The position numbers were made by a program, and so were the translations under genes. From NCBI GenBank assembly GCA_002633005.1, contig NMRA01000020.1, positions 149,621 to 213,620 of the forward strand: 64,000 bases of DNA, in the 5' to 3' direction. This DNA comes from Phoronis australis. Taxonomy: Eukaryota; Animalia; Phoronida. The notes under the pieces are model-generated. The model did not search any database. It had not been told where the DNA came from and saw only the letters and a list, made by a program, of their open reading frames with translations. Shown here piece by piece: positions 28,401-38,375 of this stretch. Each line of letters starts with the position of its first letter. The first letter of the stretch is position 1.

Positions 28401-31400
28401 TTTTTACTTCTTTATTTGCCTGCAGTCAGGTCCAGCAACTTTAAAGTTACATGGCTAGTTACCTCCTCAGTCACCTCTTCCCTCTTGGTAGCTGAAGATC
28501 CAAAGCCAGATAGAAGAGATTGTTTTGTCTTGTACTTCTTCTTTTTCTTTGGAGGTGGTTCTGGTATCCACTGTAGGAAACAGGGCAAGACTAAACACCA
28601 CAAAGTACTGATTAGGTCACAGTTTAATGTCACTACAGCAAAGCAAAAAAGCCCAAAACAACTACCTCGATTTGATAATTTGCACAAATTGTTGCTGAAC
28701 AGTGAATGGATAACAATTACCATTCTGGGTCAGGTTATTCAGATTCCATAGGGGACAGTAAAAATTACTTCCTCAACCAGGACCATAAACTCTTTGATAA
28801 GCTCTGTTCACTTACACAGGCCAACTAAGACAATTGTATGACTAAGAGCAGGATTTATGAAGAACTACTTTCACTGACCTTGCATATCAATTTCAAAAGG
28901 TAAACGACATCCATAATTTACAACCGTCAGCAATATTCTAAGAAGTTATGCATACTACTATCATCTTCAAGCCCAAAATGCACAATAGAAATTGATTTAA
29001 TGTAAAAGAAGGAACGTGAGCGAAAGCAAACAACCAATGACAATGTTGTGACAATGAATACTTTGCACTCATGGAATTATTCATTCTCTAAATTATAGAT
29101 GTCCATTAATGACAGCTCTACATAGAAGTTGCTATGACTACCTTAAAGGGCACTTCAGTGAGGACCTTGTCATCCTCGGTCTGCAGGTACTCTGCTCTCT
29201 CCCACACAAACCAGATATCATGGCTGATCAGTCTCCAGAGAAACTCGAACACCTACAACAGTCAAGATATGTTTGACTTAAACAACAATTGAAGCAGGAG
29301 AAACCAACTACTGTTCTTAAATCAGTTATTTCATGGCCAGAGGTGAGATTTCAGTGACTTTTTATGGTTGTTATTTCAAAGAGGATCTTGACTGAACAAA
29401 GTGTTTCTTCAACCAATAACACAAAATATAAATGAAATTCAGTTTTTCATTCCCATGCACGTAAAATCTCAACAATTTAAGACACAATATGGCCGACAAG
29501 TGAAATTTTTATTTTCTCATTTTTTCATTGAAGATACGGAGCACCAGATTAATGCCTTAACATGTTCACGTTAAGGAACACTAGCGACCATTCAACAATA
29601 TTTTGGAAAGTTGTGGACACTCATAAAGTTAGAAGCAGTTTTGCGAATTATTTTTATGCAAAATTGGTGAGATGTTATAGTGCCATTTGGACTTTTATTG
29701 AATAGTGCAGCACCTTTTGATATACCACAAACTATCGTAAAATGAACCACCAGTTCTGAATTGGAACATTGTCTCATTGTCAACAGTATCATTATGTAAC
29801 AAACTTCTGTATCCGTGTTGCTGTTCACTTCTGGATAAAACAAACAAACAATACAAAAGCCCTGGTAAAAATAGAGCACCAGATGACATGAATCCTTAGT
29901 ATTTCCCTGAAAACTGTGTAAACAATGACACTCACCAAAGAGTGCCACCAGGAATGAGCATGCAAGACTTGGTGAAGCTGAACACTGTGCAAACAATGAC
30001 ACTCATCAAAGAGTGCCACCAGGAATGAGCATGCAAGACTTGGTGAAGCTGAACATCTTTTCAGATACAATCTCCGATCGTGATACTTACGTGGTCAGAA
30101 CTTCGCATGGCCACCAAGCGTGTGTCCACATAGACGTCTTTGGGAATGAGCTTGCTGTAAATAGAACACGTTTGAAACAGAAAGCCAACATTTTTCGAGT
30201 TAACTGTACTAAGAACACAAACCTCCTGTTAACTTGGGATTAGACACATATTTAGCATTATTTACGTAACAGAAATAATATTTGAGTTTTACGCTTGGCC
30301 ATTTGCGCCACTTCAACTTAACAGTTGCATGCATACTTTAAGCTCCATTACGCTTTCTTCTGATGACTAAAAACACAAACTGAATTGGGGCTTGTACTCT
30401 ACTACAATCAGTCTCATAATATTCAATACTGTGATAGGATTCTATTTTTGTTACTGCCACAGAGCAAATCTCCAGTGAACACGAAAATTTAACCTCAACA
30501 TATACACTAAACAGACTGACTCAGCAATGCTGTACATTTAGTGGTTCACTAACTGTCCATCAACAAGAGGCAGCTCTGTCATGTTTACTTTCAGACAGAT
30601 GCACCACAGACAAATCAAGTTATGGTCATACCAAGTCTTTAGTTCAGTAACTATCCATTCAGCTCGGGTGATTCGCTGTTGTTGGGTCAATCTGTAAAAC
30701 AAATACAAATCAGATTAATGCTAAATGTTACAGGTTCATATCACACACATAGGATATGCTCTTGGGAGGTGAAATGTACCTTCAGCTTAGTATGGAGACT
30801 GGGATAAGAAGGATAATAGATTACTGGAGGGAGTAAACAACCGCGAATCAATTCTCCTGAAGTTTTGCAAAATTTCAATCCACAAATACAATTGATGCTG
30901 TAAGAATTCTCCAGTTCGATACTATCTCTAAAATTTGGGACATTGAAATTCAAACCATAATTATTTTTTTCATTCTGAAGATTAGGACATGGGGAGATTT
31001 TGACATTTGTCATATTTTGTAAAAATAAGCAACTGCTGTTTGTATCAACAAAGTCTGAAAATAGTAACAACAGTTCGTAAAATTGTTGAAAATTGCCACA
31101 AACGCAACATTTTCATGCGTCCCCAGAGTGCGAGGCGAATGATCATGTGCCATAGATCATAATTCTTAAATCTGGGATGGCCAGCATTGCCAATTTCTAA
31201 AATTTGGCACACAGTCTGACAAAACAAATATTTTCTCACAGTCCCAAAGTAGAGAATTCGTTACGAAACCATCGACCTAGATCCAAACAACAGTACTTAC
31301 GAAAAAAATAAATATTCCGTCTGAAACAAGAGAGCAAATAACAGTCTATACAAACCCATCAAAACTTTGGAGAGTTTTCATATCCCGTCCTGTCATACTC

Positions 31401-31531
31401 TCGACCAATGCTTTCATGTGAGTGCCCGACAGCAGGTCCATATACACATTGCTTAGCAGTGTGTCATTGAAAGATTTCAAACGTAGGTTGACCCAGGCAG
31501 TAAAGCCATGGATACGAGTTCGTAATGACAT
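7148..31531 (-). CDS. Whole gene: calponin-homology (2x CH-like) + ankyrin-repeat protein, 26 coding exons, ~1080 aa
   Basis: All exons listed below have AG/GT boundaries and compatible phases; summed length is 3243 nt (1080 aa + stop). N-terminus has CH-like motifs (FTAWVNLRL..DLLSG..LVESMTG; SIDDLVDSRVLCALVNSIIP). C-terminal half has ankyrin motifs (GSTALHWAC, TPLFSS, GSTLLHTSA, GNTPLH, GNSALHYAA). Confidence 0.88.
7760..7850 (-). mobile_element. tRNA-derived SINE head
   Basis: Minus strand has A/B-box-like sequence (GGGTTCAAATCCC) followed by ctgctagaccctt, shared with the copy at 52735. Confidence 0.6.
8534..8620 (-). CDS. Duplicate of exon 9355-9441 (copy B)
   Basis: Same peptide; same duplication. 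Confidence 0.55.
8846..9039 (-). CDS. Duplicate of exon 9670-9863 (copy B)
   Basis: Same peptide; lies in the ~820-bp duplication beside the N at 9124. Confidence 0.55.
9355..9441 (-). CDS. CH-ankyrin exon (VSAFDVVQDFDEWLECGYFSEEIKARLK), copy A
   Basis: gtctag/gtactc, phase 1/1. Confidence 0.8.
9670..9863 (-). CDS. Ankyrin exon (ALHYAASMQGSTEVLELLLAYGADID...RNLQ), copy A
   Basis: ttctag/gtgtgt, phase 2/1. Confidence 0.85.
10115..10192 (-). CDS. Ankyrin exon (KHQGDCMKFLLDSGANPNPRYFGGN)
   Basis: ttatag/gtgagt, phase 2/2. Confidence 0.85.
10555..10940. mobile_element. MITE-like element with inverted subterminal repeats
   Basis: Repeated (gg)ctggacttcaaaac on the left; gttttgaggtcc/gtccagcc on the right. 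Confidence 0.5.
11252..11332 (-). CDS. CH-ankyrin exon (LVSNGFSFKDGEPDLLVQRIIMEQIK)
   Basis: gtttag/gtaagt, phase 2/2. Confidence 0.82.
11988..12166 (-). CDS. Ankyrin exon (GLMPIHCCAMQGR...LHCAN)
   Basis: tttcag/gttagt, phase 0/2. Confidence 0.87.
12659..12890 (+). mobile_element. tRNA-derived SINE
   Basis: GGGTTTGAGTCCC B box; body aaagcataaaaa..tcagtgcaatggg shared with the 52735 copy; flanking ttaagagac may be a TSD. Confidence 0.65.
13056..13214 (-). CDS. Ankyrin exon (ILLDAGARVNIEDSEGNTPLH...ARNNR)
   Basis: ttccag/gtaaga, phase 0/0. Confidence 0.88.
13919..14072 (-). CDS. Ankyrin exon (CINGSTLLHTSAYFG...TSMK)
   Basis: attcag/gtgaat, phase 2/0. Confidence 0.88.
16823..16943 (-). CDS. 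CH-ankyrin exon (MYDHYSSIVPRIMEGD...SLRS)
   Basis: tttcag/gtgggt, phase 1/2. Confidence 0.82.
17232..17331 (-). CDS. Ankyrin exon (LLIEWGCDVHGRSVRGQTAF...)
   Basis: ttccag/gtgagt, phase 0/1. Confidence 0.87.
18334..18444 (-). CDS. Ankyrin exon (KMVEYLLENGANIDIKNNFRYTPLF...)
   Basis: ttacag/gtaagt; ankyrin consensus. Confidence 0.88.
19016..19258 (-). CDS. CH-ankyrin exon (VFFESPSRN...GSTALHWACRVGNF), first ankyrin repeat
   Basis: ctatag/gtaagt, phase 0/0. Confidence 0.87.
20085..20161 (-). CDS. CH-ankyrin exon (PMRKILKL...YPQYD)
   Basis: ttgcag/gtaagt, phase 1/0. Confidence 0.8.
20360..20705. mobile_element. MITE with internal 38-bp x4 tandem repeat (20449-20600)
   Basis: gacttgagac..aatttggtct vs agaccaaattt..gtctcaagtc inverted ends; unit ttatgagcgtgtcacaatcatgagtattgtgtgtatag. 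Confidence 0.7.
20918..21044 (-). CDS. CH-ankyrin exon (NLTNGSGFYLS...FTAKNK)
   Basis: ttgcag/gtttgt, phase 0/1. Confidence 0.78.
21522..21626 (-). CDS. CH-ankyrin exon (VHQKIRERI...MVINL)
   Basis: ttatag/gttagt, phase 0/0. Confidence 0.8.
21906..22138. mobile_element. MITE with ~32-bp TIRs
   Basis: gttgaagacaacactggcttccgttgattcta / tagaatcagcagaagccagtgttgccttcaac. Confidence 0.75.
22191..22270 (-). CDS. CH-ankyrin exon (VKVLETKFDVEYCQSWIDHVQLVQKQ)
   Basis: tttcag/gtactt, phase 1/0. Confidence 0.8.
23239..23365 (-). CDS. CH-ankyrin exon (KTLLQLIRE...MENHKE)
   Basis: ccacag/gtagtg, phase 0/1. Confidence 0.78.
24059..25501. mobile_element. Non-autonomous Tc1/mariner-pogo-type element
   Basis: Right end gcttattagggcaaatacgg|ta; left remnant ccctaataa; internal gggggcgcttat repeats. 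Confidence 0.5.
25749..25838 (-). CDS. CH-ankyrin exon (ADSMSVCSYFCYFF...INRR)
   Basis: ttacag/gtaagt, phase 0/0. Confidence 0.82.
26159..26240 (-). CDS. CH-ankyrin exon (WTINLCLRTAEKMFYGETPFDSADLVE), CH2
   Basis: ttttag/gtacgg, phase 2/0. Confidence 0.82.
26666..26760 (-). CDS. CH-ankyrin exon (SIDDLVDSRVLCALVNSIIPDTF...), CH2
   Basis: tttcag/gtatgt, phase 0/2. Confidence 0.82.
27826..27999 (-). CDS. CH-ankyrin exon (SPSPFDADY...GRRLRVV)
   Basis: tttcag/gttagt, phase 0/0. Confidence 0.8.
28463..28570 (-). CDS. CH-ankyrin exon (WIPEPPPKKKKK...VTEE)
   Basis: ctacag/gtaact, phase 0/0; basic cluster. Confidence 0.8.
29142..29252 (-). CDS. CH-ankyrin exon (VFEFLWRLISHDIW...EVPFK), end of CH1
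   Basis: ttgtag/gtagtc, phase 0/0; FLWRLI matches the CH terminal helix pattern. Confidence 0.82.
30091..30154 (-). CDS. CH-ankyrin exon (KLIPKDVYVDTRLVAMRSSDH)
   Basis: ttacag/gtaagt, phase 2/0. Confidence 0.8.
30632..30691 (-). CDS. CH-ankyrin exon (LTQQQRITRAEWIVTELKT)
   Basis: ttacag/gtatga boundaries, phase 2/2. Confidence 0.8.
31356..31531 (-). CDS. CH-ankyrin gene, first coding exon (MSLRTRIHGFTAWVNLRL...SFDG), CH domain 1
   Basis: ATG at 31531; acceptor tttttcag at 31547; donor gtttgt at 31355. Confidence 0.85.
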
Positions 31532-32600
31532 CTTGTCACGTTCTCACTGAAAAATGTAAAAACCGTCCACCAATTGATAAAGTAAAACTGGCAAGATTAC
31601 AACTGTAGTTCATGGATGTCAGACCATGTAAGCTCAATTACAATGCCACTGTCTTTGTTTACAACAAAGTATCTCAAAAATCTAACAAGCTCTTAATGGT
31701 TCATTTGTGGAAACAACAAATCAAATGCCAGCAAAGCACATGCATGAGTCACGACAAAAATACAAAGACATACTTTACACTACAGTGAGATTTAGTGTGC
31801 TTTGTCCACATATTCATCAAAAAACACCATGCTTTAATTAAATTACATTTTACTTATAATTATTTTGCAAACAGATATCTCAGTTCAGACAGCAAATACC
31901 TCAAAACAAACGAGCTGCAATATATGGTAACAACTGACAGTGCTCCCTTGACCACTACAAAGTTATTCAGTTTTACCACAATGAGACATATGCAGCAACA
32001 TGGTGTCACAGAACATAAACGTGGTTTGCGGTGACAAGATTTAGTAACACAACAATTCCGCCAATTTAAGTCTCCATTTCGGTAATAAAAAAACTTACAT
32101 TTACTCGTATTTTCTTTGAAATACAACAGAAGATGTGCCAAAACATATTTTAGTCACTTGACCACATAAACTCCACCTATGTACTACTTTCCTTCAAGTG
32201 TTGGACCAGAATGAGTTGAGAATTGGCGCAAGACCCATTTTTTAGATGTACTGTTTGCCAATAAACAGGGAAAAGTTCAGTAGCTGTCTCACGACTAGCA
32301 AAAATCTAGCCAAAATTGTGTCTTCTCGTTTAAAACACACGGCAACATCTCGCGCAATCTCACGGAGCCTTGCATTTCTCTACCCAGCATATCATAAACT
32401 TTAAGTAAAACCTCTGGTTCTACAATTTTGCGAAGTCTTGCACGTTGCTACGTATTTTTTGAAAATATTGGGACATCTTGACCTGCTATTGTAATGCCAA
32501 ACGTAACTTTGTAGTTATAAAACGTGATCAAATACCTGAGTTTCTTAGTTTAAGATTCGCATGGTACCATAATGAAATAAAAATCTCATGTGAGACTGAC

Positions 32601-32640
32601 TTTCTTGCTTCCAGCCGCCATTTGTAAACATACAATCCCC
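32601..32640 (-). promoter_or_regulatory. Putative first (5'UTR) exon with YY1-like AAATGGCGGC motif and gtcagt donor
   Basis: Minus strand reads caaATGGCGGCTGGAAGCAAGAAA|gtcagt, ~1 kb upstream of the acceptor at 31547. Confidence 0.45.
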
Positions 32641-33599
32641 GTGTGACTCAATAATAGCTAGTTTAGTTAAAAGTTAGTGCCTCGTTCTGGCACACAAGAC
32701 AGAAACAAACAATGACCATCGTCTGTGCTGGCGCAGCAGAGGCGACTTGATGGTCATTGCCTAGACAGAACATTGAGTATACGGTTTGATTCAACAAAAT
32801 AATAAGTAAAAGAGTAACTTATTAGGCCTGCTTTGCGTTCAATAATGCAAGCACTTCGAAGCGCTTCGCGAGATTGGGCTATTGAACGACGCTTGCGGAA
32901 AGCGCTTTCATTTTTGGCGATCGCTTTTCAAGCTGCATTGCCAACAAAACAAAGATGGAAGACAAGTAACCTAAGTCGGTTTTCTTTTAGTATGCATATT
33001 TTTGGGGGGATTTTAGAAATTATACTTTTAGATATTTAAATTTTTAAATAAATTTCCTTACGTTTTACAACTCTGCATTACGTGCAACTCCAAGAAGTCC
33101 TATATTACAAAGTAAATTACCTTTCGTCGGCTTTTGGTCGTATGTTTTGTAATATTTTACGTGTGAGTGAGCATTTAACTCTCCGTTGACAACCTAAGTA
33201 TTCGTTGCATTGATATTTTGATGAAATTTCCCAGAGGTTTTGCTTATGGCGTTTCACGTTGCATTAACAAAAAAATTCTCAAATACTTGTGGCATAAATT
33301 ATTTCGAATTATCGGCGCCTTGTTTGATTTGCAGTTTAATGTGCAAACTTCTTTTAAACTTCATTCCTGTTTGTTTTACTTAATTAAAAATTGTTTCTTC
33401 CCTAACGTAGAAAATAAATCTGAAACTAAATAAGGCGATCCAGATCCTCCCAAGGATACTATTGTTTCACGAAATGTAGAATATAAATAGGTAAATAAAA
33501 CAACAAGAATGGATCAACTGAAATTTTCGAATGTAATAACTTCCTTTGTCAACAGAAACAGAAATAAAGTAAAATCAAACACTATATGAAAATTGACAT

Positions 33600-33950
33600 A
33601 TAAGATATGGTGTAATGAATATGATATATTTCTGCTTAAAAAATTCAATGACATATTTTAAGAAGTTTTTATGTTCAATCCATGAGGTTTTATTGTATTG
33701 AGCTTGTCTATCCAATATTGTTCTCTTTTGAGTCTGTGAGGGGTACTGGGGTGTTGGGAGTTTTTCTATTATTTGTACAGAAAGATCTTGAATATTATGG
33801 TTTTTGGAATTGAAATGATTACCTATAGTATCAGAAATGTTTTTATGTATTATGTTAAATCTATGATTACGAAACCGAGTTTGTAGATTATGTTGAGTTT
33901 GTCCTACCTAGTGGATAGAACATTTTTTACAAGTTATAAGGTAAATAATT
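33600..33950 (-). mobile_element. Penelope-like element, decayed GIY-YIG endonuclease C-terminus
   Basis: IIYLITCKKCSIH*VGQT..LQTRFRNHR...IGNHFNSKNH...RLKREQYWIDKLNTIKPHGLN. Confidence 0.85.
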
Positions 33951-34493
33951 ACCCTGGCGTTCGATGACGGAACTTCAGGTACATTTAGGTTGACGGAGCT
34001 ATGATGCGGCGAGTCGAGGAAGGAGGTAATTATAAGGATGATTAATTTTAGCATGGAAATGACGTCATTAGACTTCAATTATGTACATATATATTTTAGG
34101 TAGATAGGGGATGAGCAATAAGGCCAACCTGCTTTTATGTGATAGTAATAGTCAGTACATTATTTTATAAACTCCAATAAATTCATTACCTTTGCCTTGC
34201 CAACTATACCTAACTTAATAGTATCATAAACTGAGCCAACTTGACGTGATTAGGATTTAGTATTCCTCTTGGCGGTATCAACTTTCGGTCACTTCATGCT
34301 TCTAATTACATTGCTGTTGTACTATCCGTTCTATTCCAGATGAAGACACAATAGATTTATTGTACCGCAACCTTACACAAAATACTGAAATTGGTAGGTA
34401 ATACAACACATTTTTGAAAAAATCTTTCTTCGACTGTTACTTAAAACAAGGCATTCAATGAGGATTTCAATGTAAAACTTAAAACACACACAA

Positions 34494-34496
<3 letters not shown>

Positions 34497-34557
<61 letters not shown>
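34497..34557. repeat. (CA)n(TA)n microsatellite
   Basis: Direct observation. Confidence 0.95.
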
Positions 34558-34716
34558 TTGTGTCGACGGTCTGAATTATTCTCTGTTTATTAATACTGTT
34601 AATGTTTTGGAGGCAAAAAGTACTTAAACAAGTATCAAAATACCTGTACCAGTGAGAAATCTATGTTTAATAATGTTAGTACTTTGTTTGCATTAACACA
34701 TGCTGTTGCTATACCA

Positions 34717-36285
34717 ACTGCAGAAGCACAGATGTCAGGACCAAGAGGCCAAAATATGGATGGCCAGACAGGTGACAAAGACAGTAGAACGCAGGATATG
34801 TGGTGAAGGGAGTGAACCCAGTTTCGTAATTTTCATTTGTACACGAAATATTGGATCATACATAAGTGTAACACTGGTGATCAAGATAAATTTTACATTA
34901 TAGTCCTACATATTTGTCACACAAACTATTTTGTTGTAATATTAAATTTTCAAGCATATTTTACACTGCATAAGATTACTTGATTAAATTGTCATTTTTT
35001 ATTTTCTAGATCCTGATAGCGATGACAACGACATTGAGTGTAAGTACATGTATTTATTTATTAAATTGCGTCATTGGTAAACGTTACCTCTTATGTTGCA
35101 CATCCTTAAAATCGCCATTAACTGTGGCATAATTACCATGCCATTTAAATAATGAGACACTTCATTTATGCATATTAAATATGAATACATCCTTTCAACG
35201 TCAACGTGGCAACCACAACAAGTTTTACTTTTAATTTCGTTGGTGGAAGACCAATACAGAAAATTTTCGGACTCTGCACACAAGTCTGCAGCAGTATGGA
35301 AACTCATTGCGTCGGCTATGAGGGAGAAGGGCATTTGTTCACTGGGCCTCAGTGCAACAAAAAACTTAGGAATCTAAAATCGCGGTTAGGTTTAACGTAT
35401 CGTGAATATTGGTATAGGCGAATGCAACCACAGAGTTTAAAAAACGAGATTGGTCGACCAAATTCTGTACCACTATAAACCAATCATCTTCAACTTGATA
35501 GTATTATTAGCTTTATGGATGTCAATGTTAAAACCTACCTAAAGATCAAACCCGCATGATTCAGTTAGAGTGTAATACAATGTATAGCATGGGATGTTTG
35601 GCGATACTTGTTAATTTCCTCTTATTTATCAGGTACGAGATCATTGTAGATGCAGATACAAAAAGTGGGGGCGGTCGCCGAAAATGGGAGTTTTTTGAAG
35701 CAATGGATCACCTGTTAGCTGGTGATCCGGCGGTTAAACCTAAAACAGTCTTGTCGTAATCTTCAGTAGGTTAGTATGTAATTAGGTTTTGTATGGGATG
35801 AAGCTAATAAGCTTATGCTTGCCAATGCCATCTTTACAGCACTTTCCTTTCAAAATGTGTGATTCGGTCCTCTGTGACTTTTAGAATTGTCACCAAGGTT
35901 GCGATTTACAGTACCTTAAGTAAGTTGTTCGAAAATATTCAGTATGAAAGCGAAAAGTTGAAATAAATAATAAAACCTTTTTGCAGATAAGACTGATTGC
36001 TCGTCGACGACAACGTGCTGTGGCAGTGATGTGAATAAAGAGAGTGAAAGAAGGCAAAAAATAAGAAAGAGAAGAAGAAGAGAAACACTTCTTCTTTAGG
36101 CTGTTCAACATCCAGTATCACGCAAACGTATACGCAACACCAGTCAGCCCCCGCAATGGTTCACCGACTTCCAGGAGACGCAGAAGCAGCAATTTGACGA
36201 ACTTAAACAAATTAACAAGCAGATGCTACAAGTGGCACAAGAGATAAATCAAATTCTCAATAGAGCCATTTTGTCTAATAAGTGA
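34717..36285 (+). pseudogene. Spliced Myb/SANT-like DNA-binding protein pseudogene (PIF/Harbinger accessory-ORF type)
   Basis: TWQPQQVLLLISLVEDQY..F....KSAAVWKLIASAMREKG/(frameshift)HLFTGPQCNKKLRNLKSR|intron|YEII..DTKSGGGRRKWEFFEAMDHLL; in-frame stop at 35757; coiled-coil tail at 36160-36285. Confidence 0.75.
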
Positions 36286-36605
36286 TTATTATGTTTTATA
36301 GTTATTTAAAGGATAGCGAGCCTGTGGTTCTTTTGTTCTCCGATGAATTAGTTCAAGTATATGGATATTTTGTGAACTTGATTTCCATGCGTATATTGTA
36401 AAACTTGTAATTGCTTAACTGCTCATAATTTTGCAACATTTTTATTCGAACATGGTGTCATTGTGACTGATACAAACATTAACAATATGTACACCCCAAA
36501 AAGTTTAGAAAATTTGTGCTCACTCACCAGTGTTTCCATTATTTTAAATTTAAATCATATTGCACGCCAATGAAAATCCCAGTCATTCTTCTTTCCAACG
36601 ATACC

Positions 36606-36980
36606 TTATAAGTGTCTTAATTTGTTCAGTAACTTTGCTGCCAGTGAGTTTGTTCTAAGAAAATGTTGCAAATCCAGTTGGAGCTAAATGTATATTCAAG
36701 TTTGAGCATTCAGCTTTTTAAAAGCAAACATATTGTTGGTGGCGAAGATGGTCCGTCACAAGCTTGTCTCGGTGGATGCTTGTGTTTTGGAAGATGAACG
36801 TAGGCTTATACGTTGAAAAGTAGGGATTGCTACTGGCTGCAGAATTTCGTCCCTGTGTACTTAACTGTATTTAGGTTGTAATCAGTGGTGCTTGCAAAAA
36901 CAGGGAAATTTGCAGCATTCACTTTGAGATGAAGCCCTCTTTGGCAGCAAAGTTACTGAGCATATCAACACTTTATTGAC
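36606..36980. mobile_element. Inverted-repeat element
   Basis: tcagtaactttgctgcca at 36626 and its reverse complement at 36942. Confidence 0.45.
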
Positions 36981-37173
36981 AAATTGTGTTATTGTTGTAA
37001 AGGGAAATGAAAGAGCTTTCCATCGGTTTGCAACACAATTTAAATGAACCAAAAACAATGAACACACGGACGAGTGATTACAAATTTCCAAATTTTTGTT
37101 GAGGTGTGCAATAAACAGAAAACAAAAACTAAACATCATCACCCCGTGCACATAATGTTGTATTATTTAGACA

Positions 37174-37228
<55 letters not shown>
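37174..37228. repeat. (TA)n(TG)n microsatellite
   Basis: Direct observation. Confidence 0.95.
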
Positions 37229-37231
<3 letters not shown>

Positions 37232-38375
37232 CATTGAAAAGTAAACTGTTCTTTGTTTTAATTAGTTTGTACAACAAACTTTCGCAGTGTCTACACAAGT
37301 GTCTTTCATCGGATGGTAGTTGATATAATAGATCGCCCAGTGTAAGTGGCATCACGAACACATATATATTTGAGTAAATATATAATAAAACTCTGTACAA
37401 AACATTTCATAATAAAACAGTAGCGGTACTTCGACTATACATCAGTCATCAAAGGCAAATAAATTTAAAAATCATAAACGCTATCGTGTAAGATACATGA
37501 AACAAGAACAATGACATTAAATACGAATATAAGGTTGCATACATAAGAGCGTAATTACAGAAAGAATTGTCATGGAAACTAATGTACTATGAAACGTTGT
37601 AAAATTTAATAAAATACATAGGTGTTACAACTTATGGACATTATTTATATAACTACAAGGTACGATGGAACCCAGTATCTTGGGAATTTATGTCAGGAGT
37701 TTCAGTTTTTATTATTAAAGCTTCGAGTATTTTCAAACGAAAGGAGTCAGTTCGAAATACCTGACGATGGTATTGTCAACAATATCTGAACGAGAAATTT
37801 TCTGTTTGTGGAGTGTTTGGAAGTGATCATTAATTGATCCATTCTGTAAATATATATTTGTGTATTTGGGTAGCAGACCTTCTTTTATACATGTTTCATT
37901 GAAAAGTAAGCTGTTCTTGGCTTTAATTAGTTTGTACAACAAACTTTCGCAGTGTCTACACAAGTGTCTTTCATCGGATGGTAGTTGATATAATAGATCG
38001 CTCAGTGTAAGTGGCATCACGAACACATATATATTTGAGTAAATATATAATAAAACTCTGTACAAAACATTTCATAATAAAACAGTAGCGGTACTTCGAC
38101 TATAAATCAGTCATCAAAGGCAAATAAATTTAAAAATCGTAAACGCTATCGTGTAAGATACATGAAACAAGAACAATGACATTAAACACGAATATAAGGT
38201 TGCATACATAAGAGCGCAATTACATAAAGAATTGTCATGGAAACTAATGTACTATGAAACGTTGTACAATTTAATAAAATACATAGGTGTTACAACTTAT
38301 GGACATTATTCATATAACGACAAGGTACGGTGGAACCCACTATCTTGGGAATTTATGTCAGGAGTTTCAGTTTTT
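37228..38375 (-). mobile_element. Penelope-like element partial tandem (pseudo-LTR duplication)
   Basis: Direct repeat ~37228-37710 / ~37892-38375. ORF N-terminus MPLTLSDLLYQLP...LLFNETCIKEGLLPKYTN; GIY-YIG tail DHFQTLH...RLKILEALIIKTETPDIN. Confidence 0.85.

Noticed and set aside
31544-31546. Selenocysteine reading of the in-frame TGA
   Set aside because: No SECIS recognised in the 3' UTR and no redox context; a uORF or 5'UTR reading is simpler.
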